Shown piece after piece: positions 1-14,391 of a stretch of DNA of 64,000 nucleotides; within the stretch, counting starts at the first letter, position 1; each line of letters begins with the position of its first letter. Position numbers and translations under genes: made by a program. Location: contig NIVC01003514.1 of NCBI GenBank assembly GCA_002269645.1, positions 30,071 through 94,070 on the forward strand, written 5' to 3'. The notes beneath the pieces are model-generated. The model was given only the letters and a program-made list of their open reading frames with translations, was not told the origin of the DNA and did not search any database. The stretch comes from Macrostomum lignano (Eukaryota).

Positions 1-595
1 TCAAACCTTCTGACAGCTCCAAAAAATCTCCTGACAGCTCCATCAAACGTGACAGCTCCAACAAGCTTCCTGAAAGCTCCAACAAACCTCCTGACAGCTC
101 CAACAAACCTCCTGACAGATCCAACAAACCTCCTGACAGCTCCAAAAAACCTCCTGACAGCTTCAACAAACATCCTGACAGCTCCATCAAACCTTCTGAC
201 AGCTCCATCAAACCTTCTGACAGCTCCATCAAGCCTTCTGACAGCTCCATCAAGCCTTCTGACAGCTCCATCAAACCTTCTGACAGCTCCAAAAAATCTC
301 CTGACAGCTCCATCAAACGTGACAGCTCCAACAAGCTTCCTGACAGCTCCAACAAATCTCCTGACAGCTCCAACAAGCTTCCTGACAGATCCAACAAACC
401 TCCTGACAGCTCCAACAAGCTTCCTGACAGCTCCATCAAACCTTCTGACAGCTCCATCAAACCTTCTGACAACTCCAAAAAATCTCCTGACAGCTCCATC
501 AAACGTGACAGCTCCAACAAGCTTCCTGACAGCTCCAACAACCCTCTTGACAGCTCCAACAAACCTCCTGACAGCTCCATCAAACCTCCTGACAG
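1..595 (+). repeat. 21-bp minisatellite (unit approx. CTGACAGCTCCAACAAACCTC), about 28 copies, ending at the acceptor of the RhoGAP exon
   Basis: Directly visible tandem units. It produces the LLTAPSN peptide repeat in ORF 49..1221. Confidence 0.95.
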
Positions 596-2595
<2,000 letters not shown>

Positions 2596-3270
2596 ATTCG
2601 TACGAGTAGTTTGATCTGCTGGATCAGCTGATTGATGATATATTTTTAATCAACACCTTGGATTCGGTTAAGACCTTTCTAGTCCCATAGTTGGTGCTGG
2701 CTCCGGATTCTGTGCATTTGTTATAATCAGTGATGTTCAGCCATTTTCACTTTTATGAAAATTTGGTTCTTCAGCTACGAGCGAATCCCGCCTTGCCGTG
2801 ATTTTTAACACTATTCTTATTTATTGTCAGTTATTCCACCGATTCTATGGTAGCGTAAATCTGACGTCACTTTTGTAAATATACGCGGGCAATTTGAAAG
2901 CCTAATTGCTACTTATTAAAGTGAGTAGTATATAATTGACTTCTACAGGAAAAATAACAAAAAAATATTGAACCATTAAAAATTGTTCTAATTGACTAGA
3001 TAAGGACTTTATCATATGCACTATTAGTGCAAACCTACGGTAAAGGTTAAAAACAAAGTTTTTGGGCACCGATGGCAATATGAAAAGCATTTTGTAAATA
3101 CACTCGCACATGTTATTGCATGAGGTTTTGCCCTATACGAACTGATCCACTATAGAGGCAGGAACACAATCACTTGGGGATTGATTTCTGAGAAAATTTT
3201 CAATTCAATAATAATAATATTAATATTATTAATGATAATAATATAGTGAATTACAGCAGTCCTGGGACAG

Positions 3271-3503
3271 CTCAGCCGCAGGTATTGCGCTAAAGGCTGC
3301 GTACGGCTGTTCAGTCCAAAGACTGGGGGTCGCCACACACACCCTCAATTACCTAATTGTAATGCTGGCACCCATTTTACAGCTGGGTGAACTGAAGCAA
3401 TGCAGAGTTAAGTGTCTTGCTTATGGACACAAATTGGATCGAGAATCGAACCCCCGACCTTCAAGTCATGAGTTCGACGCTCTAACCACTAGGCTACAAC
3501 CCC
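3271..3503 (-). mobile_element. tRNA-derived SINE, copy 1
   Basis: The minus strand begins GGGGTTGTAGCCTAGTGGTTAGAGCG (A box) and has GGTTCGATTC (B box). The body has a CORE/Deu-like block ending CCCAGCTGTAAAATGGG. Homologous to 16939-17175 and 47455-47660. Confidence 0.8.
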
Positions 3504-3699
3504 TGGCTAATATTATTCAATGATAACCAATAAAACAATCATCAATGGTCGAAAAGTGGGTATAACACTTCATTCGATTTGTGATACTCCATACTCAATA
3601 AAGAATGGATTACAAGTTATATTACTCCACATGTACTCAATTGGGATTGTCGGTGTAGAATACAAAGTCAATTCGTGAGGTACGCGTGGCTTTCATAGG

Positions 3700-6253
3700 T
3701 TACAGCTGGCTAGTCAGGTGGCATGACTCTTCGTCATCCAACCGATTGCCGTCAAGTTCTGCAACCGCTCTGACGCTATCCGGCACCAGCTGAAGTCTGT
3801 GCTCAGTTGCGGCTTCTGTCTGTGAGCAGGAGCGCTGCAACCTGGCAGTTGTTGAGGCTGAGGTCATTACTCGCGTGTCTGCGCAGGTATGCGATCTGCG
3901 AATACAGGAGGATTGTATGAAGTGCGCAAAACATATTTTCGTTTGGATTATTTTAGAAGACGAAAGAAGAAAAAGTATATTTTTGTTTAAAATTACTTTT
4001 TTAATTTTCTCTCTTCCATGGGTTGCTATTAATTATTATTATACCTGACGTAGTCAGAAGTTGATGATGCTGCAAAAATAAAGAATACTTCCTAACATAT
4101 TGGGTCTGCAGGCGTGAATAAAAGAGGACATTCGGCGACGGAGAGTGACTCTAGGAGCGACACTGGGTGGTAGGGTGACAGTGGATAGTAGGGAGTGACA
4201 GTGAATGGTAGGGAGTGACAGTGGATGGTAGAGAGTGACAGTGGATAGTAGGGAGTGACAGTGGATGGTAGAGAGTGACAGTGAATGGTAGGGAGTGACA
4301 GTGGATGGTAGAGAGTGACAGTGGATAGTAGGGAGTGACAGTGGATGGTAGAGAGTGACAGTGAATGGTAGGGAGTGACAGTGGATAGTAGGGAGTGACA
4401 GTGGATGGTAGAGAGTGACAGTGGATGGTAGAGAGTGACAGTGGATGGTAGAGAGTGACAGTGGATGGTAGGGAGTGACAGTGGATGGTAGAGAGTGACA
4501 GTGGATGGTAGAGAGTGACAGTGGATGGTAGAGAGTGACAGTGGATGGTAGAGAGTGACAGTGGATGGTAGAGAGTGACAGTGGATGGTAGAGAGTGACA
4601 GTGGATGGTAGAGAGTGACAGTGGATGGTAGAGAGTGACAGTGGATGGTAGAGTGTGACAGTGAATGGTAGAGAGTGACAGTGGATGGTAGAGAGTGACA
4701 GTGGATGGTAGAGAGTGACAGTGGATGGTAGGGAGTGACAGTGAATGGTAGAGAGTGACAGTGAATGGTAGAGAGTGACAGTGGATAGTAGGGAGTGACA
4801 GTGGATGGTAGAGAGTGACAGTGGATGGTAGAGAGTGACAGTGGATAGTAGGGAGTGACAGTGGATGGTAGAGAGTGACAGTGGATAGTAGGGAGTGACA
4901 GTGGATAGTAGGGAGTGACAGTGGATGGTAGGGAGTGACAGTGGATAGTAGGGAGTGACAGTGGATGGTAGAGAGTGACAGTGGATGGTAGAGAGTGACA
5001 GTGGATAGTAGGGAGTGACAGTGGATGTTAGAGAGTGACAGTGGATGGTAGAGAGTGACAGTGGATGGTAGAGAGTGACAGTGGATAGTAGGGAGTGACA
5101 GTGGATGGTAGGGAGTGACAGTGGATGGTAGGGAGTGACAGTGGATGGTAGGGAGTGACAGTGGATGGTAGGGAGTGACAGTGGATGGTAGAGAGTGACA
5201 GTGGATGGTAGGGAGTGACAGTGGATGTTAGGGTGTGACAGTGGATGGTAGAGAGCGACAGTGGGTGGTAGGGAGTGACAGTGGATGGTAAGGAGTGACA
5301 GTGGGTGGTAGGGAGTGACAGTGGGTGGTAGAGAGTGACAGTGGATGGTAGAGAGCGACAGTGGATGGTAGGGAGTGACAGTGGATGGTAAGGAGCGACA
5401 GTGGATGGTAGGGAGTTACTTTAAGAGGAAGTTTAAAGTACCGTGAGAGAAAGGAACCAATTTAGTGCCTGTTCGGACACTGCACAGAAGACGTTGAACA
5501 ACTGAGTCCTGGAAGCGGTTCTCACCTGGTCAAACCGGTACTCTTGTCACCGCTCTCTCTGTCGAACACGACATCTGCAGCGCCCGCCCCATCATCCAGA
5601 GCAGACTGTGAGCACCGCAGAGTTCCAGCCAGCAGCAGCGACGCTCGCGAGTCTCTGGCGTGCGGATTCTGCAGCACGCCGACATCGGACGGCGGTTCTT
5701 CATCCGACGACTGGCATCGACGTACGCGTCGCTCGCCGCTCGACGCATCGACGCAGATCTGCAGGCGCGGCAGGCTGCACAGAGCCAGCGGAGTGTAGCA
5801 CAGTTCCGCCTCAGATCTCTGCCGCCAGCCGAAATAGCCCAGATCGATCTCTCGCTCCTCGCTCAAGAAGTCGCCCAACTCCAAATCGGAGTCGTCGGCA
5901 GCAATATCGTCGTCCTGGTCACTTTTCTGCAGCACAAAGACTGTGTTCTTCTTCTTGCAGAAGACGATGACCGCCGCTGTGAGGCTCATGCTGACAAACA
6001 GAAGGACACCGCCAATCACCAATACCCCGGCTAGGGATCTGTCGATGTGGAAGCTGGTCTCGGCCGAGTGCGAGCGAATCCCGCCTAAGCGATTCGAGCT
6101 GAACGCCGGGTGCCGTGGGTAGTACCGCTGCGGCGGCGGTGGCTGCGGAGGAGGAGGAGTTGCCGTTGTGCTCAGCATGGTGGGAAACTGCGACGAGTGT
6201 GCTGCTGCGACAGCTCTGCCCAGCAACGGTCCAGGAGTAGTCGTCGTCGTCAT
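3700..6253 (-). CDS. Uncharacterised single-pass membrane protein. Exons 6253-5526 and 3895-3700 (approx. 307 aa)
   Basis: ATG in ACAACCATG context just downstream of acceptor CCTACAG (6286-6285). Hydrophobic helix LAGVLVIGGVLLFVSMSLTAAVIVFC followed by KKK. Phase-2 donor CAG|GTGAGA at 5526/5525 joins acceptor TATTCGCAG| at 3896/3895 and stays open to TAA at 3702-3700. Confidence 0.65.
4180..5415 (+). repeat. 20-bp minisatellite (GAGAGTGACAGTGGATGGTA)n, about 60 copies, inside the intron of the membrane-protein gene
   Basis: Directly visible. Confidence 0.97.
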
Positions 6254-6317
6254 GGTTGTCAGAGCCTCGATGACCAGTGTTTTCCTGTAGGATTTAGAAA
6301 TGGGTAGGTGCAGTATT

Positions 6318-6455
6318 CTGGTAGTCTGGTAGTCTGGTAGTCTGGTACTCTGGTACTCTGGTACTCTGGTACTCTAGTACTCTGGTACTCTAGTACTCTG
6401 GTACTCTGATACTCTGGTACTCTAGTATTCTGGTACTCTGATAAGTCTGGTACTC
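6318..6455 (+). repeat. 9-bp repeat (CTGGTACTC / CTGGTAGTC)n
   Basis: Directly visible. Confidence 0.9.
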
Positions 6456-8099
6456 GTAGGGTGGTTCTTGTAGTGGCTAAATGATAACATTTGGATGCCT
6501 TCTTATTTCGTGCACATTTTTCCTTCAATATTTCAAAGAGTTCAAAGTGTCATGACCAGCAAGAAGATTTGTTGTCAACTTCGTGAAACATTAATGTTTG
6601 ACTGTTTATAGTAGAACTTCCGCTGCGCCATATGCCTTGCCTTATACATTTAGACTGGAGACGGGGTCGCTTTGTTTAAACAGCTTGCGCGATTCCGGTT
6701 GATCCATGCCAACACATTCAAGCCACCTGCCTGTCTGCTGCTGTGATTCTTGCGCCGGCTGCGCTGTTATTTCGGCGACAGGGCCGTGTGTTTTTCACTA
6801 TTCTTGCAGTCACACAGAAGGAAAGCTGCTTGTGAAGAAGGACGACCGATTCTCTCTTCCCCTCTCTCTCAATCCGACCCCCTCCTTGTCCTGTCGCCGT
6901 GACTGACAGTTGAAGAGTCAGCGCGGTGCCATGCCGCCATGCGCTACCCATTCATCATTTCATCTTCGCTTCGGACTGGAGGCTCTGCCTGTATATGAAG
7001 GCGGCGGTTTTTTTCTGGTAGTTTATTTTCCCTTGGGAAATCTGCATTAGCAAAGTCGTCGCCGCAGTCTGCACGGGGCTCTGTCAGCTTCTTCTTCTTT
7101 TTTCTGTAGAGGAGTTCCTCAATTCCGATCCGTTTCTGCGCCAAGAAACGCCTCATAGCTGCAAGGACTAACTAGAACTCCACATTTGGGACTTGGGTCC
7201 CGAGAGTGCAGGCCACGGGGAGGGCGCGCCGGGCCATTAGACAGGGATTCAGTGGCTGGTGAGAAAATATGGCTTGGAGAAGCTTCGAATTCTGACCGAA
7301 CTTTTTCTGCCCTGATCGAGGTATCGAAAAAGTTCTCCTCGGGGCGCGATTTTTTCGAGGTGGGGGCTGGGGTAGGTTTATCGGCTTCATTAATTCTCGG
7401 GGCGATATCTCCTTACACTGCGACACAGTTCTCCAGAGGTTGCCTTTCTCCATCTGTGTGTCGCACCAAACAAGGTTTTTTTGGTTGATGCTTTCTTTCA
7501 AAGCAGAATCCATGGATAAACTAAACACTGACTAGATAAGCTCGTTACTGATACATTCCTGCAGGCTATAGGGGCTGAATGAGAGGCCCTAAAAAACTTC
7601 CATTTGCTTTCACAGACAGCTCTTTGGATAGACAGGCAAGATTGATTGGTCTTATTGAGGCGATCATCTGCGCAGGACTTCAACATTTCTTTCTATTTGT
7701 AGTTTTTGTCCCTCCATCCAAGAAGCAGAGCAAACTCAATCAGGGCCGCTGTGTTGAGAACTGTGGAGACTGATGCAAGCTGGTGCAGGAAAGCAAATCA
7801 GTGAGGACACTGAGGCTTTTTCTGCATGCGGAAATAGCTCTTTTCCCACGCCACAAATTAATTAAGTGCCGGCTTTGCATCATCGGCTCGAACAAATTCT
7901 GCACAGTTACTAAATTGGTATATTCCAATTCCAATGCGTCAACCTACTGCAGACCATATATGGAAGCGAATACAAACGGTCCATGCACAAAAAAGTTTTT
8001 AAAAATTCTTACACAAAAGTTAGTGAAAAACTCGGTAAAAGTTCGATAATATCGACTGTTTTTTCGTTTTGAAAAGGTTCAGCAGCATTGTTAGGATTC

Positions 8100-9630
8100 T
8101 TGAACGCTAACGAGTGCGTCATTGGCAAAAGCACGAGTGCGCGAAGCGCACGAGTGCTCTTTGCCATAGACGCACGAGTTGGCGTGCATGAATCTCATTC
8201 TTATTTGATTCTTTCATTTTACATTCTGCCCAAAAAAGGTTATAATTGATATTACTATAGACATTACCCGCTGCTAGCGGGGGTGCGGGGCAGAGCCCCG
8301 CTGGGGGCGTGGGGGCGAAGCCCCCACATTTTAACCATAGACAAAATCAATCTTGCACGCTGGAGATGGTGAGGGGAGGGGGTAACGAAAGGAGATTACA
8401 ATTGAAAGCTAGTTGCCACTATAAAAACAAAGCAATGGTTTGTTTCGCCATATTATGAAGTTGCGAGCGATTGACATAATAAATGATAAAGCCTTTCATG
8501 CCGCCAATCTTACCATGAAGAGCATTTGCAACGCTTTCCTTCGATCTGGAGGAAGAGTGAAGCACTACGATGCTATTGAGAGTGACGACCTGAAGAAGCT
8601 CGGTAAATACTTCGATCGGTCGAATCCGGTGCGTCTTCAAGAGGAAGTATACTTTAACATCATTTATTACTATGGGAATAGAGGCCGTGAATGGTTGCGT
8701 GGTTTGAGGTTTGATCGGTTTTGTGAGAAGCGGCTCGCCAATGGACTCTACGCGATTGAGCTTGTTCAGGGAGATTCAAAGAATCTACATGGTTCTATCA
8801 GCGTCGCCGTCTTGGTTGACAACAAGCAAGCGTTGATGGTGTCAAAGGGAGATTCTGCCAAATGCCCAGTTGAGGCGTTCAGACTGTACAAGCAAAAGGT
8901 CACCGAAGTTGAAGGATGGAACGGAGTGGACTTCTTTCTGCGACCAAACGCTAACTTTCGTTCATCTGGTAAGTGGTACAGCAAGAGTGCAGTAGGAGTC
9001 AACACCCTTGGGCCTCTGATGAAGAAAATTTCTACGTCCGCCGGATTGTCCAAGCCATACACTGCGCATTGTGTGCGTGCAACTGTAATCACAGAACTTC
9101 ACGACGCTGGATTTAATGTCGAAACTATCGCTAAAGTGACTGGCCACAAGCGAGGTGCATCCGTCGAGCGCTACATTCGACGAGGGAATAAACGAGAGCA
9201 AGCGATCTGTGCTATGAGCCATCAACTAACGGCTGCCGTGGAGGTGGCTACTACGGCCGACCCTCAAGTTGTAGGCACTGAGGCAAGTGACCCAGTTGAC
9301 GTTATCAACGATCCTACGTCGGGCTCGGTGCGCTGTGTGCGAGTTATTCCGGAAAATCGGAAGAATTTGAAGATTCGAGCCAATGGTGACACCAACGTCA
9401 TTGAATTTGTATTTGAGTAGCATCTGATCGCAAGCGAAAAAATAGTAATGATATTAACCAATTTTCACTCGTTATTTTCTTGTTGTCTAAAAATAAAGTG
9501 CAATCCTGCACGTAAGATGCATTAGACCTAAAGGATAATTTGCCATAGACAACATCAATTCTGCACGCTTGGGCGTGCCAGATCAGCAATCCTGCACGCA
9601 GAATCAAATAAGAATGATTTCTCGTTCCCG
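8100..9630 (+). mobile_element. Crypton-type tyrosine-recombinase transposon (boundaries approximate, probably 5'-deleted)
   Basis: Contains the YR ORF. It is flanked by a perfect 18-bp inverted repeat (8195-8212 / 9600-9617), an imperfect direct repeat of about 29 bp (8335-8363 / 9543-9572) and a cluster of GCGAAGC-type hairpins at 8104-8326. Confidence 0.65.
8440..9420 (+). CDS. Tyrosine recombinase, Crypton/DUF3504-like (first ATG at 8455, N-terminal core-binding region appears missing)
   Basis: Catalytic set appears intact: YGNRGRE (R), YTAHCVRAT (HxxR), VTGH (H) and ERY (Y). CPVEAFRLY and WYSKSAVGVNTL match Crypton YR motifs. Confidence 0.85.
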   Translation: MFRHIMKLRAIDIINDKAFHAANLTMKSICNAFLRSGGRVKHYDAIESDDLKKLGKYFDRSNPVRLQEEVYFNIIYYYGNRGREWLRGLRFDRFCEKRLANGLYAIELVQGDSKNLHGSISVAVLVDNKQALMVSKGDSAKCPVEAFRLYKQKVTEVEGWNGVDFFLRPNANFRSSGKWYSKSAVGVNTLGPLMKKISTSAGLSKPYTAHCVRATVITELHDAGFNVETIAKVTGHKRGASVERYIRRGNKREQAICAMSHQLTAAVEVATTADPQVVGTEASDPVDVINDPTSGSVRCVRVIPENRKNLKIRANGDTNVIEFVFE

Positions 9631-10099
9631 TTTATAATCTTTGCTATGCACTCCACAGACAGTATGTGTTGTTGCAAGTTACAAGTCACGGATGGCGAAA
9701 ATTGTCACCTATGGCCACTCTCACGACTTGAGATGCTATCGGAAGACTCATTGTACGAGTGTGTCAAATTATAGAACATGGTGTGGGACCCAAAATAAAT
9801 ACTCTAGGCAAGAAATCTTCACAGGAAAAAATAAACGTTTTGAAAGTTGATTTCCTAGCCTTAATTCTAGGAAAGAAAATCGTGAATATTACGAGCGTAC
9901 TTTCAAAGTTTTAATTTCGTTCTCGTTGACATTAAAACTTGACAGTTCAGTTGCAAAGTGTTGATTATAATTACTCCTCAAATACTCGAATCAAAACTCG
10001 AAAGCTCAGCCCTTGGTCAGTAGTCATCACTCACCCCTTGGAGTATCAACAGTCGAAGTCTCTTTAGTTCTGCTGTGGTGGTGGTGGCTTGACGATACC

Positions 10100-10534
10100 C
10101 AGGGGTCGGCTAACTCTTCTATGCTAATGGCCAGATAGAGAACCTGCGGGCCAGAGGAGGGGAGAGAAGAGAGGGTCAGAGGGAATAGAGAAGAGATAAG
10201 ACAAATAGGATAAAGGAGAGACGAAAGAATAATGGAGAGGAGAGGAGAGGAGAGGAGAGGAGAGGAGAGGAGAGGAGAGGAGAGAAGAGGAGAGGAGAGG
10301 AGAGGAGAGGAGAGGAGAGGAGAGAGAGAGAGGAGAGGAGAGGAGAGGAGAGGAGAGGAGAGGAGAGGAGAGGAGAGGAGAGGAGAGGAGAGGAGAGGAG
10401 AGGAGAGGAGAGGAGAGGAGAGGAGAGGAGAGGAGAGGAGAGGAGAGGAGAGGAGAGGAGAGGAGAGGAGAGGAGAGGAGAGGAGAGGAAACTAGAGGAG
10501 AGGAGAGGAGAGAAGAGGAGAAGAAAAAAAGATT

Positions 10535-10589
<55 letters not shown>

Positions 10590-10722
10590 AAGAGAGAGAG
10601 GGGGGAAAAGAGAGGCCGTGTTAAGTTAAAAAAATTATAATTTATCAATGGCTACCGGTTTCAAGCCCCTGGGCTCTTCGTCTGGCTCAAGTGGCCCGCG
10701 GGCCGGAGTCTGCCAACCCCTG
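10100..10722 (+). mobile_element. hAT/Charlie-like non-autonomous element carrying an internal (GAGAG)n/(GA)n tract
   Basis: Imperfect TIRs CAGGGGTCGGCTAACT (10100) and AGTCTGCCAACCCCTG (ends 10722), with GCGGGCC subterminal motifs. No matching 8-bp TSD found. Confidence 0.5.
10232..10610 (+). repeat. (GAGAG)n plus (GA)n microsatellite
   Basis: Directly visible. Confidence 0.97.
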
Positions 10723-11809
10723 CCATAGACTAAAACAAAATCGGAGAGTCAAACTGCTGTACGAACGTACTGTAGCTATGGACTTAAATTTTGCTTGGGA
10801 AATCTATTGATACGTCATCAAACTGAGTAATTCAAGGTCAGATGTAACCAATGCCGGTCAAGACAAGATTACAAGTGTACTCGAAATTTTTGTTTCTATA
10901 TTGACATGCACCTCAGATACTATTTTGACATTTAAAATTGACGGAGTTTACAGAGAACTACTTTTTTCAAATTGCAAAATACTTGTATATAGTCTTGTAT
11001 ATATTTTCTCAGTTCGTTTCCCTTTCTCTCCAGCCAGGCCGGATTGGGAAAGTTAATAATGCTTAATGCTTTACTCAATATTTGCTTGGTCTTATATCTG
11101 TGTACACACCTTAGTGTTTATATGCAAACAATACATGGGGAAATGCCTATATGGGGACCTTGCCCCAGCTGCCCCTGCATAATTGATAAATTAAGTGCAG
11201 CCCTGAGAACTGAGACAGGAACGAGGGAGAGAGGGAGGGAGGGGAGATAGGGAAGAGAGTGAGGAGATGGAGTGAGCAGTTTAATACGCGGAAATACTTT
11301 ATTTTTCACCCAAATTTGCGACTGTCATATAGGCAACTTACTCATAGATTCCTTTGCTTTAGCTTCGAGACGCTAAGCTATAAGTGAGTTCGCTCGGCCT
11401 CATCTATATGCATTATTATAATTTTAGCTGAGAGCTGAGACCTGAGTCCGATAGAATTGTTCTACGAACCAATGATTTACAGCCTCTGTCAGTCTACTGA
11501 TTGACAGTTACCATAGTGGCCAACTGCTTCTGGCAGCGTGTTTGACCGAACTCGATCGCACTGAAGTGTCCTCCACTTGAAGTTATTGCCATTCCAATCT
11601 ATATTCTGCATTGCTCTTATTCTCCATTTTTATCTTCCCATAATATTTTGTCTCCCTATATATCTGAGTACTGTGCTTGCACTGAGCATTACAAAATCAA
11701 TATATCAGAACTGAGATGGATATCACATAAAATGACCCAGCTGGTAAAGTAAACAGCTCAGTACAATGTTGATACCAGAAAATTATTTTAACTTGCTACC
11801 GAAGCTCTA

Positions 11810-12625
11810 CTGTGACACCGAAGCTCAAATTGGATTGCTGTGACACCGAAGCTCAAAGTGGATTGCTGTGACACCGAAGCTCAAAGCGGATTGCTGTGAC
11901 ACCGAAGCTCAAATTGGATTGCTGTGACACCGAAGCTCAAAGTGGATTGCTGTGACACCGAAGCTCAAAGGGGATTGCTGTGACACCGAAGCTCAAAGTG
12001 GATTGTTGTGACACCGAAGCTCAAAGATGGTCTACTGTGACACCGAAGCTCAAAGATGGTCTACTGTGACACCGAAGCTCAAAGATGGTCTAACTGTGAC
12101 ACCGAAGCTCAAAGATGGTCTACTGTGACACCGAAGCTCAAAGATGGTCTACTGTGACACCGAAGCTCAAAGATGGTCTAACTGTGACACCGAAGCTCAA
12201 AGATGGTCTACTGTGACACCGAAGCTCAAAGATGGTCTACTGTGACACCGAAGCTCAAAGATGGTCTAACTGTGACACCGAAGCTCAAAGAGGGTCTACT
12301 GTGACACCGAAGCTCAAAGAGGGTCTACTGTGACACCGAAGCTCAAAGAGGGTCTACTGTGACACCGAAGCTCAAAGAGGGTCTACTGTGACACCGAAGC
12401 TCAAAGAGGGTCTACTGTGACACCGAAGCTCAAAGTGGATTGCTGTGACACCGAAGCTCAAAGTGGTCTGCTGTGACACCGAAGCTCAAAGTGGATTGCT
12501 GTGACACCGAAGCTCAGAGTGGATTGTTGTGATACCGAAGCTCAAAATGGATTGCTGTGACACCGAAGCTCAGAGTGGATTGTTGTGACACCGAAGCTCA
12601 AAGTGGATTGCTGTGACACCAAGAT
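11810..12625 (+). repeat. 28-30-bp minisatellite (TGTGACACCGAAGCTCAAAGTGGATTGC)n, about 28 copies, with a central block of the GATGGTCTAC variant
   Basis: Directly visible. Same family as 19575-21200. Confidence 0.95.
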
Positions 12626-13299
12626 TGTATGCCTCACGAGTAATTGGGGTTTGCGTTGCTAGTATATCCGCCAGTAAAACTGCATGTTTGAAGCCTGCAT
12701 GCTTGGAACATTGGCTCTTACCAAAATGTCAAAATGAAATCAGCTGGCTTTGGGCTGACGAGTTAGTATTGCCTGTAGTCACGCCGCCATACTTTTGTGT
12801 TAGTTGAGCTTCCTCTATCGTGCTTAGTCTGTTTGCTGTCAGTTCTGCTTATTTGATGGATTTTTTACTGGTGAGGGGAGAGGTTGGAGCGCAGGGGAGA
12901 GGTTGGGAGCCAATAGGGATCCAACAGTTCCATTGGCAGAAAATTGCTTCTTTTTGGGCCATGGCCTACGCGAAGCCTAAATTAGCGATAATTGGCAGTC
13001 CAAATAATGTAAGGGTTTGATTTGAATCGATCTCAGCTTCGAACCAATCAATCAAACTACCATGCAAACTACATGATGGACATGTTTCTATTCAAGGCTG
13101 TTTAACTGTCTAAGTGTAAACTTTTGCGAGGGGTTTTGGCGGAGTGCAATAATAACCACAGCAAAATACGCTGTCCAAAAAACCGAGATCAAAAACGGAC
13201 GTACGTAGAGGCGAGGAAATCATACGATGCTGTAGGCTGTAGTACGTCTTTACGCGGACAAAGTGGTCTGCCTTAGTACTGACGAGCAGCTGACGAAGC

Positions 13300-13640
13300 T
13301 TCCGCGCCGTTAGGGCTGTCTTACAGTCCGAGGCCCTGCCTGACCGCCAGAGGGCGGCGTTGTTCCAGGCAGTGAGGATCGAGACCGTCCTGCTGTACAA
13401 CGCCGAGACCTGGACGCTGACGGATTCGCTCGAACAGCAGGTCGATGCGGCGCACGCTGGCCTGCTACGCACTGCCTTCAAGATTGGCTACGAGCACTCT
13501 ATCACCGCGCCGGCCTGTCCCATCATAGCGAACTGTTGCATCGTCGGCGACTCCAGCTGGCAGGCCACATCATCCGCGCCGAGTCGTACTGCCCACAGCC
13601 GGTGCAGGAGATGCTGCTGCTGACGAGGCGTGCACTCGGC
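13300..13640 (+). mobile_element. Degenerate non-LTR retrotransposon fragment (RT C-terminal/thumb region, RTE-like)
   Basis: Peptide RAALFQAVRIETVLLYNAETWTLTDSLEQQVDAAHAGLLR resembles the LLYGAETWTL motif found downstream of LINE RT. Confidence 0.6.
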
Positions 13641-14391
13641 GTTTTGTGGACTGCCTGCTGGCTGCCGTCGCCGCCCGGGCCGTGAAACGCGCCCTGTGAT
13701 GTAGTCTCATGCTTGAGTGGCTGAAAACGTATTTTGTGTCATATTTTGTCATGACAACGTCCAATTTAGATCACACACTTAGCAGTGACATCGTAACCAA
13801 AATCGATTGAAAACCTGAACTCTATAATGGACTTATTAACATTTTTTTACAAATTTTAAACAAAATTTAGAATACTCGTTGCATGATCGCGACCGTCTTA
13901 CTAGAGTCGCCATTTTGGCAACAAGGTGAAGGACTGCATGCACTTCGAAACGCCCTGCAACCTCTGTAAAAATTAGGATTGATTTGTTTTTCCGAATAGC
14001 ACTTTTGTCAGCGGCCTTCCCAACAACAGCTCTGGGATAAAAAATATCGGGTTTTTGAGCCACGAAGGAGGGCCAACTCAAGCGCTACACCTGTGTATCT
14101 CAAGCAAGCGGCTGTCACGCAACTGAGGAAAATACTAATCTTCTTTTCGTCCAGGTGATAAATGACAATAAGAGAGCCTCTCTTCTTGGAGCAGATAAAA
14201 CAACATCAGCCAAGTTTCTGCTGGGCAGATTTTGGGTGTTGTTTTTCATCATAAATTACTCAAATGACTATACTGTGAGACTTCACTTGGACCTCGTCAC
14301 TTTCTCGCTAACGAGCTAGTAAACAAGACATGAATTTACGGTACGGCAGGCCTCGCGAAGGATGTGCACAGCAGTAATAAATCATAGTGGA

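Noticed and set aside
6700-8050. Short ORFs at 6.7-8.0 kb as exons of the membrane-protein gene or the Crypton N-terminus
   Set aside because: They show no recognisable domain or consistent splice chain, and may be UTR or decayed transposon.
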